Below, in pieces: positions 18,127 to 28,577 of a DNA stretch of 64,000 bases (the first letter of the stretch is position 1; every line of letters begins with the position of its first letter). Both the position numbers and the translations under genes were made by a program. The stretch is from a phage. The notes under the pieces were generated by a model, which searched no databases, was not told the DNA's origin, and saw nothing but the letters and a program-made list of their open reading frames with translations. The stretch is from sequence record PZ386951.1. One strand, 5' to 3'.

Positions 18127-18746
18127 TCAACTACCTCAATATCATAAACTTTAAATGTTCCAAACGAATCGTGTAATTTTTCTTTTGAAATAGAAGTTAT
18201 TCTATACTTTCCAATTGGAATCATCCATTCTTGTTCACGCACAATCATCATTAAGTTATCAGTACGCTCTGAATCTAGCCCATCAGTATCTTCATACGTG
18301 TACTTGAACTCAGTATTAGGAGAAGAAAGTATAATATCGCTGATATGGTCAGAATAATTAAAAGCTTTATCAGTTTTTAAGCGAAATATTATTTCAGTGA
18401 AATACTCAACATAAGAAAAACCACATGCTGTGAGTAAACTAGTAGTAAATGAATCTACCCTGTTCGTTGAAAACACTTCTCCAACTTGTAAATCTTTAAT
18501 AAGTTCTTCTGTTGATTTTGATATACCACGATATAACTGATAAGGCGATTTAGTTAAATGCTTTTTAACGATTTTATTCAACTGCTGATGAAGAGCTTCA
18601 TTCTTTTTGGCTTCCATACATTGCCAAAGAATTGACTGTTCAAAGTCAGTAAATTTTTCACAGACCTTTTTATACATATCATATTGAAAATCAACACTTT
18701 CAGCTTTTATAGATAACTGTTCAACATCTGCAAGATTAATAATCAT
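18123..18746 (-). CDS. modB: ModB ADP-ribosyltransferase
   Basis: 207-aa ORF, same length as T4 ModB; 4-nt overlap with modA. Confidence 0.7.
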   Translation of the reverse strand: MIINLADVEQLSIKAESVDFQYDMYKKVCEKFTDFEQSILWQCMEAKKNEALHQQLNKIVKKHLTKSPYQLYRGISKSTEELIKDLQVGEVFSTNRVDSFTTSLLTACGFSYVEYFTEIIFRLKTDKAFNYSDHISDIILSSPNTEFKYTYEDTDGLDSERTDNLMMIVREQEWMIPIGKYRITSISKEKLHDSFGTFKVYDIEVVE

Positions 18747-18813
18747 GATAGCCTCCGTATACTTCAGAAGCTATCATATCATCGTTAGAAAGGAAAGTAA
18801 ACAACTTTTTGAA

Positions 18814-18996
18814 TTATTTTGCCCAGGGAGCCCAGGGCGGAGGGTCAAGATGGTATGAAGCTAGTTCTTCTAGAAGAGCATCTGGGGCTTCAATTCCATA
18901 ATTCTGTAATACTATACGGTACTCTTTCTTATAATCACTAGAATCATTCTGGATATTCGTAGAATGATTATCTTCTAACATCTCAAATAAATCCAT
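18814..18996 (-). CDS. hypothetical protein (60 aa)
   Basis: Minus ORF with ATG start. Confidence 0.5.
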   Translation of the reverse strand: MDLFEMLEDNHSTNIQNDSSDYKKEYRIVLQNYGIEAPDALLEELASYHLDPPPWAPWAK

Positions 18997-19004
18997 ATTA
19001 ATTC

Positions 19005-19475
19005 CTAGCGATAAAAACCAAAGTGACGATTAGTTTCAATGATCTTTCTTTCTTCTTCGGACATTCTCCAGCGTAGTCCAACATCAAAATGAGCCCAGAC
19101 CATCTTAACAAATGCGTGTATGTCTTTAATATCTTCAATAATGAATGTTTTACTTTTCGAAGGTTGACTCGCTAATTTAACTTTATCATCTTCAAACAGG
19201 TCAAAAAGACCATATTCATGAGCTCTTTTATAGCCTTTAATAGCTAAAGCTTCAGAAGAAGAAAACGGTGAATCAGTATTCTGCAAAATATCTTCAGTAT
19301 GCTTTATAATTAGAATAATATTTTCTGGATATTTTCTTTCTTTTATATCTTTAATTAAAAAATCCGGATTTTCTGCTAAAGGAATAATCAATGAGCAATT
19401 TTTATCAAGCGTATTTACTGATTTACCTTCTTTGGACATAAATTCTATTGAATAGTGTTTTGCTACTTCAATCAT
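19005..19475 (-). CDS. hypothetical protein (156 aa)
   Basis: Minus ORF with ATG start. Confidence 0.55.
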
Positions 19476-19632
19476 GTGATTTCCTTTTGCCTACTAATGG
19501 ACCATCAGGAATTTTGTTTTCCTGGATATATTTCTCATTTTCTTCCATCATTTTACTACCTATTTTAAGAAGCAAATCCATTGCTTCATTTGCTTTTGCT
19601 TTAGCCTCTTCCAATGTCATATCTTTGTTCAT
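19468..19632 (-). CDS. hypothetical protein (54 aa)
   Basis: Minus ORF, ATG overlapping upstream stop (ATGA); below track cut-off. Confidence 0.4.
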
Positions 19633-19832
19633 GATTTATCACCATAGATGTCTCTTATCAATTTAAGCGCTGAGCGTTCTAATTTCTTTTCTTTCTCAGC
19701 ACTAATCATTGATTTCATCCATTCTTCCGATTCGTTCTGCATTTCTTTATTTGCCTGTTCAACCCAACCATCATCAATATACATTGAGTTTGGTCTATTG
19801 AACCATTCAAACATTTTCTTCAGAACTTTCAT
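19629..19832 (-). CDS. hypothetical protein (67 aa)
   Basis: Minus ORF with ATG start. Confidence 0.5.
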
Positions 19833-20292
19833 TTGTTTTACCTAAAACAATAGTAGGATTATCATCAAATTCATGAATTTTGAGTAAATTTGGATTTAAA
19901 CTATTCCATACAGAAGAAATAAAGTATGATAAAGCATCTTCACTCACAATTATAAACTTATTTCCTTTATCTATTTTCCAACTATATACCGAATCATATG
20001 AATAGAAAGATAAAGGTTTATCATTATATTTTTCTGTGTTAACATTAATGTATTCGGATTTAGTAAATGCTTCAATTGCTCTAAACGGAATATTTGGCAC
20101 AGTTTCAATAATTCCGATCTTTTTAAGTTTTATTTCAGCATCTTCTGGAACTGGCATTGAAACGAAATTTTCTACGAGATACATTGGGTCACAATAACCC
20201 TTATCAATCATTACGGCTACAGTAATTGGAACATCTTTAGCAAACGACATGCTATTACTGCTAATATACATTTCAAACAAAATCGCTTCCAT
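19807..20292 (-). CDS. hypothetical protein (161 aa), Mrh-sized
   Basis: Start at ATG 20290-20292 with GAGGAAAA RBS (track start is TTG); 161 aa equals recalled T4 Mrh length. Confidence 0.5.
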   Translation of the reverse strand: MEAILFEMYISSNSMSFAKDVPITVAVMIDKGYCDPMYLVENFVSMPVPEDAEIKLKKIGIIETVPNIPFRAIEAFTKSEYINVNTEKYNDKPLSFYSYDSVYSWKIDKGNKFIIVSEDALSYFISSVWNSLNPNLLKIHEFDDNPTIVLGKTNESSEENV

Positions 20293-20300
20293 AATTTTCC

Positions 20301-20642
20301 TCAATCACAAGATGTAGATGAACAACTAGAATCACAAGAACTTCCACATGAATCGCCCGTCCATACATGAACAGGAACATTAGTATCATATGAATCAGAA
20401 CTAGACTGTGTATTCTGTGTGTTAGATGATGTAGTAGGTACTGACCAGCGCCAAGGATTTTTATAATATTCTTGGGCTTCTTCATAAGTCATAGTAACTG
20501 CTTCTATTGTTCCATCTCCCATATAAACATACTCAACTACAGTTAAAGGAAGGTAGTCATTTGAAATAGGAACTACACCTTCCCCAGGAGTTGTAAAGAA
20601 AAAATCCGTAAAGAAACTTTTAAACCAATTAAAGATAAACAT
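20301..20642 (-). CDS. hypothetical protein with Cys/Ser-rich C-terminal tail
   Basis: About 113 aa; hydrophobic N-terminus, C-terminus ...[20 protein letters not shown]. Confidence 0.5.
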   Translation of the reverse strand: MFIFNWFKSFFTDFFFTTPGEGVVPISNDYLPLTVVEYVYMGDGTIEAVTMTYEEAQEYYKNPWRWSVPTTSSNTQNTQSSSDSYDTNVPVHVWTGDSCGSSCDSSCSSTSCD

Positions 20643-20854
20643 CACAAAAATCCTCTTTGAAATTCGACTCTTTGAAATCCACCCCAGTCAGTATATCGCA
20701 TTTCAGCATTGAACTCGACTGAACCATCTGTATGCATCATGAATGAATGCGTGACGACATCACAATCCCAGCTTTTCATACCCCATTTATCAGCGATAGC
20801 TTTATCAAGAACCTTCTGGAGGTCTTCATTTGGTTTAATCCAACGATTTAACAT
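20642..20854 (-). CDS. hypothetical protein (70 aa)
   Basis: ATG with AGAGGAGA RBS, downstream of early promoter. Confidence 0.55.
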   Translation of the reverse strand: MLNRWIKPNEDLQKVLDKAIADKWGMKSWDCDVVTHSFMMHTDGSVEFNAEMRYTDWGGFQRVEFQRGFL

Positions 20855-20880
20855 AGTGTTCTCCTCTATAAGATATTTTT

Positions 20881-20910
20881 ATTATACCACACTCATTTTG
20901 ACATGTAAAC
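20881..20910 (-). promoter_or_regulatory. T4-type early promoter (consensus)
   Basis: ATTATACCA at 20881-20889, GTAAAC at 20905-20910. Confidence 0.6.
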
Positions 20911-20924
20911 CATAAAATGAAAAA

Positions 20925-20944
20925 AGGAACCCCGAAGGATTCCT
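20925..20944 (-). terminator. stem-loop 3' of soc (UUCG loop, one mismatch)
   Basis: AGGAACC CGAA GGATTCCT. Confidence 0.45.
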
Positions 20945-20950
20945 TAAATT

Positions 20951-21208
20951 TTAACCACCAATACCTGGAGTTGGCGTAACAGTCCAAAGACCTTCATTTG
21001 CAGTAATCCAATCAGCACGCTGATTTTCTTCATATACTGTTGAATATGCTGCTTTTTCTGAAGGAAATGTCTGATAATGAGCCCCAGAAATTTTGTGAAC
21101 ATCAGAATAAAGAGGGAAAGCTACAGAAATTTCTTTACCCTGAATTTTACCACCGTTAACTGCTTGGTCAAATGTTTTAATATTAACATAACCGCGAGTA
21201 CTAGCCAT
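20951..21208 (-). CDS. soc: Soc small outer capsid protein
   Basis: MASTRGYVNIKTF...ISVAFPLYSDVHKISGAHYQTFPSEKAAYSTVYEENQR matches recalled T4 Soc; late promoter immediately upstream. Confidence 0.9.
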   Translation of the reverse strand: MASTRGYVNIKTFDQAVNGGKIQGKEISVAFPLYSDVHKISGAHYQTFPSEKAAYSTVYEENQRADWITANEGLWTVTPTPGIGG

Positions 21209-21238
21209 GTAATTCTCCTTTTATTTAAATTACATGAC

Positions 21239-21246
21239 TATTTATA
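21239..21246 (-). promoter_or_regulatory. T4 late promoter TATAAATA upstream of soc
   Basis: Plus TATTTATA = minus TATAAATA, about 30 nt upstream of soc ATG with AAGGAGA RBS between. Confidence 0.7.
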
Positions 21247-21276
21247 ATAAATTCTCGCGGCTTTTAAGACGAGCTG

Positions 21277-21795
21277 TTAATAACCTCGGTCTTGACGTGC
21301 GAAATTTTCAGCATTTTTCAGATAATAAAGTTTAAAGATTTCTTCTGCTGTAAGACCAAGACCCTGGAACATATTCAGAACGAAATGAAGAATATCAATC
21401 ATTTCAAACTTAATTTCCAGTTGGTCTTGTGGAGACAAATCAGTAATCAGAGTTTCACGACGTTCACCATGCTGCGACTTCCAAGGTTTCCATACAGCAG
21501 ATGCGTCTTTTTCACCATTACTCATACCACCAAGAGAAGTCAGAAGTTCACGGAATTCATCATCAATATAATCTTTCTGATTACGCAGCCAATCAACAAC
21601 TTCACCTGCAGTAGCCAAATCATCAGGATGACGGTTATATTCAGGTTTATCTTTAGCTAAACGAATCTGCAGAGATTTCTGCATGTCAAGCATTACCTGC
21701 AGCGGGTCTTTTTCATCACCGAGAATATCCCAATATTCATTTTGAGCTTTATCAGCGCCTTCAATCAGTTGTGAACATTCGTTAAAGTAAGCCAT
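21277..21795 (-). CDS. 56: dCTP pyrophosphatase gp56
   Basis: About 172 aa from MAYFNEC (AAAGGAAAA RBS); MazG-like sequence, position next to soc as in T-even phages. Confidence 0.8.
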   Translation of the reverse strand: MAYFNECSQLIEGADKAQNEYWDILGDEKDPLQVMLDMQKSLQIRLAKDKPEYNRHPDDLATAGEVVDWLRNQKDYIDDEFRELLTSLGGMSNGEKDASAVWKPWKSQHGERRETLITDLSPQDQLEIKFEMIDILHFVLNMFQGLGLTAEEIFKLYYLKNAENFARQDRGY

Positions 21796-21855
21796 TATTT
21801 TTCCTTTCAATTCATCAATAAGTTAAATAATTATATCATTTGAGTATGTAAGCAA

Positions 21856-23195
<1,340 letters not shown>

Positions 23196-23220
23196 TATAT
23201 CATCCTCAGCAATTTATTTT

Positions 23221-23250
23221 ATAATACCATAACAAGCTGAGAAAGTAAAC
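23221..23250 (-). promoter_or_regulatory. T4-type early promoter for the 186-aa ORF / dam operon
   Basis: ATAATACCA at 23221-23229, GTAAAC at 23245-23250. Confidence 0.6.
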
Positions 23251-23285
23251 AAATTTATGATAAATATTAATTTAAAGGAGGACAT

Positions 23286-23486
23286 ATGGTACAAAAATTA
23301 ATGGCACTTGTTAATGCCATAAAAGGTAATAAGAAACGTATAGCTTTTACTATTTCTGCTATGATAGGAATTTTACTTTGGAATTTTGTTTTATCGCCAG
23401 TTGCTATTGCTCATGGCGTTAGTATTCCAGTAGTTACTCTTGATACATTCGTAGATTTAGCATTTGCTTTAGTTGGGTTAATTTAA
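23286..23486 (+). CDS. small membrane protein (66 aa), plus strand
   Basis: Strong SD AAAGGAGG 5 nt before ATG; two hydrophobic segments; sits in a 290-bp gap between minus-strand genes. Confidence 0.4.
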   Translation: MVQKLMALVNAIKGNKKRIAFTISAMIGILLWNFVLSPVAIAHGVSIPVVTLDTFVDLAFALVGLI

Positions 23487-24511
23487 ATCTTAGCATATTT
23501 AGATAGCCGCATTTTAGCCATTAACCCCTGGGCAATATTATTTTTCATATATTCCATAATTTGTTCAGGGGTTGCACCTTCCTTTCTAATCATATCATTA
23601 ACATCTTTTGATTTCCAGGGAGATTTATCCCAAAACATAACCCTTTCTCCTGCATCAACTAATTTAGTCATTCGCTTAATAGTGTCAGGATGACGAGGTT
23701 CATTATCTAAAACCCACACACGTCTATCTTTAAATGGAACAACTTCTAGGTCTAATTGACCACCCGTAATAGCTATACCATTTTCAATAAAAAGTGAATC
23801 TATAGGTCCTTCTAGAACATATACATCACCATCTTTAACTCGTTCGACTCCATAGATTTTTGTTGCCTCAGGATAAGCTTTGATGGTGATATATTTTTGA
23901 GGAGCATCTTTCTTTAATGCACGCCCTTGAAAAGACTCAGCTTTTCCATTAGCATTATAAATTGGAATAACAAGACGAGGCTCAGAAATTTCCATTTTAT
24001 ATGTTCCCGGTGCTATGCTATTAACCAATTTAGGCCATTCGGTTGTAAACCAAAGATATTTCCATTTATCCTTTGGAATACAACGAGCTTTTACATATTT
24101 TATAATTGGATGGTCTTCCGCCAGTTTATCTAATCTAACACATGACGGAAGAGATTTAATTATTTTCTTCTCAAGTTGTTTAGGAAGTTCTTTAGGTTTT
24201 TCTACTGGACGACTTTTACCTTTTTCTTTTCTTATTTCAAAGATATACTCACGATATAAATCAGGTTCAAACTCCTTTAAATATATTCCGATTGGTGCAT
24301 GATAGTTACAGTTATAACAATGAATATTTCCTTCATTATTATCACCATAATACCATCCACGGGCTTTATTTTGGTCGGTTTTTGAATCTCCACACACTGG
24401 GCATCTAAACCGTAATTTAAAAGTTGAACTATTATTTACTTGTGTGAATTTAGGTAAATGAGCTAATGCACGGTATGCAAACTCATTATCAATCCAAGGT
24501 ATTGATGACAT
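23483..24511 (-). CDS. 61: DNA primase gp61
   Basis: 342-aa ORF, same length as T4 gp61; N-terminal zinc ribbon CPVCGDS...CYNC. Confidence 0.9.
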   Translation of the reverse strand: MSSIPWIDNEFAYRALAHLPKFTQVNNSSTFKLRFRCPVCGDSKTDQNKARGWYYGDNNEGNIHCYNCNYHAPIGIYLKEFEPDLYREYIFEIRKEKGKSRPVEKPKELPKQLEKKIIKSLPSCVRLDKLAEDHPIIKYVKARCIPKDKWKYLWFTTEWPKLVNSIAPGTYKMEISEPRLVIPIYNANGKAESFQGRALKKDAPQKYITIKAYPEATKIYGVERVKDGDVYVLEGPIDSLFIENGIAITGGQLDLEVVPFKDRRVWVLDNEPRHPDTIKRMTKLVDAGERVMFWDKSPWKSKDVNDMIRKEGATPEQIMEYMKNNIAQGLMAKMRLSKYAKI

Positions 24512-24513
24512 TT

Positions 24514-24678
24514 TTACTCTTCTTTTTCTTTAGATTCCTCTTTTTTCTTTTTAGGAATCTGTTCAGGACCTTTATTTACTACAGCGCCTGATGTTGTTCC
24601 AGTAGAGATATTTTCAGGACTACCACCTGAATCTCCAGCGACCATATCTTCTTTGATAAATTCTTTATATGTTTTCAT
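24514..24678 (-). CDS. hypothetical protein (54 aa), K/E-rich C-terminus
   Basis: MKTYKEFIKEDMVAGDSGGSPENIS...KKKKEESKEKEE; below track cut-off. Confidence 0.4.
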   Translation of the reverse strand: MKTYKEFIKEDMVAGDSGGSPENISTGTTSGAVVNKGPEQIPKKKKEESKEKEE

Positions 24679-24690
24679 ATTAGCCTCTAA

Positions 24691-24984
24691 TTATTCACCT
24701 ACCACTTCAGCGATGATATTTTTATTATTGAAGTTTTTATCACAATACAGAACGTAATTATACTGCATTACACCACCAGACTTAAGCTGTTTTTGTACTT
24801 CAGCTTTCATTTCAGGGCGATCACGCTCAACGATATTCATAATATCTGCTTCAATCTGAGTTTCAACCTCAGTCTGATCTGCAGTCATAGACCATTCGCA
24901 CAAATCTTTATCATAACCTGCCATAGCAGGCTGAGCAGCACAAGAAGCTAAAGCAAAAATTGCAGCAAAAACAAATTTTTTCAT
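24691..24984 (-). CDS. sp: Spackle-like periplasmic protein
   Basis: 97 aa with cleavable signal peptide MKKFVFAAIFALASCAAQPAMA; T4 Sp is 97 aa at this locus (identity from memory). Confidence 0.55.
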   Translation of the reverse strand: MKKFVFAAIFALASCAAQPAMAGYDKDLCEWSMTADQTEVETQIEADIMNIVERDRPEMKAEVQKQLKSGGVMQYNYVLYCDKNFNNKNIIAEVVGE

Positions 24985-25044
24985 GATAATCTCCTCAGTA
25001 GTTTATGTTTATATAGTATCTCAATTTCCAACAAAAGTAAACAG

Positions 25045-25302
25045 TTATTTTAAAACTTCTGCATAATCACATGTTACAAACTGTTTCTCTAGCTTGACGA
25101 TTTTACGAAAGTATCTTTTGCATTGACGAATCTGCCGCTTCGTAGGACGTACAGCAAACTTAATAAATTCCACTCGACCAAATGGAGGACTTTCTTCTGC
25201 TGGAATATCTAACACCAATTCCCACGTATCCGCAATAAGTGCCTTGAATTGAGTATTTTTCCTAACATTATACGGAGTAGGTTTAAATAAAACAATATGC
25301 AT
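25045..25302 (-). CDS. hypothetical protein (85 aa)
   Basis: Minus ORF with ATG start between sp and dmd. Confidence 0.5.
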   Translation of the reverse strand: MHIVLFKPTPYNVRKNTQFKALIADTWELVLDIPAEESPPFGRVEFIKFAVRPTKRQIRQCKRYFRKIVKLEKQFVTCDYAEVLK

Positions 25303-25303
25303 A

Positions 25304-25486
25304 TTATCCTCGGCAATCTACTTCATATACTTTCTTGTCATCAATGAAAGCTTTAACTAATGCTTTATTAACTTCAGCATATTGCGTAGTAGCCCATTGA
25401 ACGTCATCTTTCATCATTGTGATTTCTTTAGTAAACATGCTTTCATTCTTAAACCACCCCATAAAAACTACCTTTACCAATTCCAT
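25304..25486 (-). CDS. dmd: Dmd (antitoxin against host RnlA/LsoA)
   Basis: 60-aa ORF MELVKVVFMGWFKNESMFTKEI... matches recalled T4 Dmd length and position next to gene 41. Confidence 0.75.
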   Translation of the reverse strand: MELVKVVFMGWFKNESMFTKEITMMKDDVQWATTQYAEVNKALVKAFIDDKKVYEVDCRG

Positions 25487-25504
25487 AACAATCTCCTCAT
25501 TTAA

Positions 25505-25535
25505 CCAACAAGACTACTATACCATAGTCTTGTCA
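25505..25535 (-). promoter_or_regulatory. T4-type early promoter upstream of dmd
   Basis: TACTATACCA at 25505-25514, GTAAAC at 25530-25535. Confidence 0.6.
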
Positions 25536-25544
25536 GCTTGTAAA

Positions 25545-26972
25545 CTAAAATTTTAATTCATTTGCCAAAGCATCTAACTGAGCTCGAGTGGATTCATTTC
25601 TTTGATAGCGATTCTGCTCAGCTTGTATCTGTTGTGAACCTGCTACCTCACTCACTTCAGTTGGAGTAGAATCTTGCTCAATTTCTACCCATTTTTGATT
25701 TCCTTTTTGAACACCCATCAAAAACTTATTCCACTTATTCTTATCACCATATCGTGATTTGATTTGCTTAATGAGTTGTTGTTCAGCAGCTGCTAGCTCC
25801 TCGGTTTCAATGACCGCAAGCATAAAATCAGCTGTTGCTGGAAGACCAGCAGATTCTGCGATATCACTCATGTTAACATCAGAAGAATCCCAAGCTTGTT
25901 TGCCGACCTGCGCTGCAGTCCAAAGAACAGTTTCAGTTTCAACAGCAAGAGCACGCAATTCCTCTGCAATAGCTTTAACAGTTGTGTAACTATTTTCTGA
26001 ATAAACTCTGATGCGGCAAGATTTACAAATACCTAGATAGTCGACAATAATGATTGTTGGAACAAAATTCTTTTTGAGCTTCAATTCATTCAAGAGAGAC
26101 CTGAATGTGTTAGCATCTGCCCCACCAGTAGGGTACTGTTTAACAATTAAACGACCGAGAGTAGATTTCTCACGCCATTTTTCCATTTTTCCTTTATACT
26201 CAGCGTAAGAAATGTGTCCATCATCAATGTCATCAAGAGAAACATCAAGCATATTAGCATCAATACGCTTAGCACAGACTTCTTCTGCCATTTCCATGGA
26301 AATGTAAAGAACATTATGTCCGAGCTGCAAATAATCTGCTGCCAATGAACACAGACCTAATGACTTACCAACGTTAACGCCAGCCATTAAAACGTTCAGT
26401 GTTCCAGTTTCAGCTCCGCCTTTCGTAATTTTGTTTAGAATTCTGAGTTTAAATGGAACCTTACGAGCTTTATTCATATAAGATAGCCAACGTGCTTCGT
26501 AGTCATCCATCCAATCATGACCAACGTAACTATCAAATGAAATAGATAATGCCTGGCGCATGATGTCAGGAATAGCACCAACATCCGGCATTTTCTTATT
26601 TCGTTTTTCCGGAGGAAGTTCAGCATTAGTTTGAATTTCGATTATTTTAGACGTAGCATTAAACATCGCCCTTTGCTGAACATATTTTTCTGTTTCTTTT
26701 ACTAACCAGCTGTGGTCTTCCGGAGAATCAGCCAGTTTTGAAATAAGTGTTTTTACACCAGAATATTCTGTTTCAGTAAATGAACTATTTTCTAATGCAA
26801 CATTTAACGCATTAATAGATGGAACGCTATGATACTCATTAACATGAGATTTAATTAATTTGAATGTATTTTTAGCTGGACCACTTTCAAAATATTCTGA
26901 ATCCATATATGGCCAAACTTTTGAAAAATAAGCTTGATCAAATATGAGATGAGAAAGAATAATTTCTACCAC
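25545..26972 (-). CDS. 41: replicative DNA helicase gp41
   Basis: 475-aa ORF, same length as T4 gp41; Walker A GVNVGKS, DnaB-family; GTG start. Confidence 0.92.
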   Translation of the reverse strand: MVEIILSHLIFDQAYFSKVWPYMDSEYFESGPAKNTFKLIKSHVNEYHSVPSINALNVALENSSFTETEYSGVKTLISKLADSPEDHSWLVKETEKYVQQRAMFNATSKIIEIQTNAELPPEKRNKKMPDVGAIPDIMRQALSISFDSYVGHDWMDDYEARWLSYMNKARKVPFKLRILNKITKGGAETGTLNVLMAGVNVGKSLGLCSLAADYLQLGHNVLYISMEMAEEVCAKRIDANMLDVSLDDIDDGHISYAEYKGKMEKWREKSTLGRLIVKQYPTGGADANTFRSLLNELKLKKNFVPTIIIVDYLGICKSCRIRVYSENSYTTVKAIAEELRALAVETETVLWTAAQVGKQAWDSSDVNMSDIAESAGLPATADFMLAVIETEELAAAEQQLIKQIKSRYGDKNKWNKFLMGVQKGNQKWVEIEQDSTPTEVSEVAGSQQIQAEQNRYQRNESTRAQLDALANELKF

Positions 26973-26981
26973 ACTTACTCC

Positions 26982-27344
26982 TTAAAAGAATTTAAATTTT
27001 TTCTTTGACCTTTTATTAAATGCATCTTGTAGTTGCATTGTAATACATTTTTCTACATGAGGAGCTAACTCAGCTTTTCTTTCTTGGTCAAGAACAGCAA
27101 AGTCCATTACAACCTTTCCATCAACCCAATCTAATTTTGTCACATATACAATGTGTGTAGAACCATCTTCTAGTTTAATGACAATCTCCTGGATAACATT
27201 TTCCATAGCGGATTTAATTATCTTAAGAGACTCATTAAAAAGACGTTCTTTTCTTTCTTCTTCCCCCTCCGAAGAGGGGGATTCATCGATAATTTCTAGA
27301 TCTAAATCTAAATCATCTTTATTCATTAAATTCTTCCATATCAC
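26982..27344 (-). CDS. hypothetical protein, gp40 position
   Basis: 120 aa from GTG (or 114 aa from ATG 27324-27326); overlaps uvsX 3' end; a GC hairpin lies inside its 5' region. Confidence 0.5.
   Translation of the reverse strand: MIWKNLMNKDDLDLDLEIIDESPSSEGEEERKERLFNESLKIIKSAMENVIQEIVIKLEDGSTHIVYVTKLDWVDGKVVMDFAVLDQERKAELAPHVEKCITMQLQDAFNKRSKKKFKFF
27273..27292 (-). other. GC stem-loop (CCCCCTC CGAA GAGGGGG) just 3' of uvsX stop, inside the following ORF
   Basis: 7-bp perfect stem with CGAA/UUCG loop. Confidence 0.45.
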
Positions 27345-28500
27345 TTAACTGTTCTAGGTCAGTTTCTAAATCAGCTGCTGATTTACTTTTACTTTCTGGA
27401 GATTTAAATTTTTCAACCTTTGAGTTAATTAATTCATCGACTTCAGCTTCAACAATTTCATTACTATCAATAGCACCTAACTGATAAGCACGTTTAATAG
27501 CATCTCGGAATGGCTGATGTTTAAATAAAGGACCCCAGAATGTAGTGCAGTTAGTATCTTTTGCACGCCAAGATTTTTCTTCGCGAATCATCTCGCCAGT
27601 TTCTTCGTCAAGAAATTCACGAGCATACCAACCATTTTTAGGTTTTACAACAAATCCTAATTCTAGAGCCATATCTAACAATCCAGAATAAGGATCGATG
27701 CCACCGTCAAATTTAACATCAATAAAGAATTTACTTTTTTCTTTAACGGTACGAGATTTTTCTACATTTAGAACAAATTGATACCCCTGAAGATCAGAAC
27801 CATCTTTAATCTGACGTTTACCGATAATGAATACGGTATCAGCCGAATACATTACGCCTGTACCACCTGTCATCACGGTTTTACTAAACATTTCAATTGT
27901 TTCAATTGTATGGTTAACCGCAACACATGGAATATTTTTAATGCTAAAGTAAGGAGTAACAATACGGAATAATGACTTCAGTGATTTAGCACGAGTCATA
28001 TCTGCCACAGATTTTTCATTCAAGGCATCTTCCGTTTCTTTCTTAGAAGCCATATTACCAATTGAATCGATGAATACAATAACTTTTTCACCACGCTCAA
28101 TAGCTTCAAGCTGGTTCACCATATCAATTTTCAGCTGTTCAACTGACTGAATTGGCGTATGAATTACTCGTTCCGGGTCAACTCCCATGGATCGCAAATA
28201 AGCTGGAGTAATACCAAATTCGCTATCATAGAATAGACAAACCGCGTCAGGATATTTGTTCAAATATGCCGCAACCATAGTCAAAGACATATTTGATTTA
28301 AAGTGTTTAGAAGGCCCTGCGAAAATAGTTAAACCAGACTGCATACCGCCATCAATCGCACCAGAAATAGCAATATTAAGCATTGGGATTTTTGTACGGA
28401 TTACATCCTTTTCATTAAAGAATTTAGATGTAGTCAGTTCAGCAGTCATTTTAGAAGTGGAAGCTTTAATCAAACGGGATTTTAAATCTGCAATAGACAT
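27319..28500 (-). CDS. uvsX: UvsX recombinase (RecA-like)
   Basis: 393-aa ORF; MSIADLKSRLIKASTSK... matches recalled T4 UvsX. Confidence 0.92.
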   Translation of the reverse strand: MSIADLKSRLIKASTSKMTAELTTSKFFNEKDVIRTKIPMLNIAISGAIDGGMQSGLTIFAGPSKHFKSNMSLTMVAAYLNKYPDAVCLFYDSEFGITPAYLRSMGVDPERVIHTPIQSVEQLKIDMVNQLEAIERGEKVIVFIDSIGNMASKKETEDALNEKSVADMTRAKSLKSLFRIVTPYFSIKNIPCVAVNHTIETIEMFSKTVMTGGTGVMYSADTVFIIGKRQIKDGSDLQGYQFVLNVEKSRTVKEKSKFFIDVKFDGGIDPYSGLLDMALELGFVVKPKNGWYAREFLDEETGEMIREEKSWRAKDTNCTTFWGPLFKHQPFRDAIKRAYQLGAIDSNEIVEAEVDELINSKVEKFKSPESKSKSAADLETDLEQLSDMEEFNE

Positions 28501-28577
28501 TCATTTTTTCCATAGGCATCATTATATTTTCCTCACTGGTTAAAGATAGAGTAATTATAACACAATAAATTTAGGCA

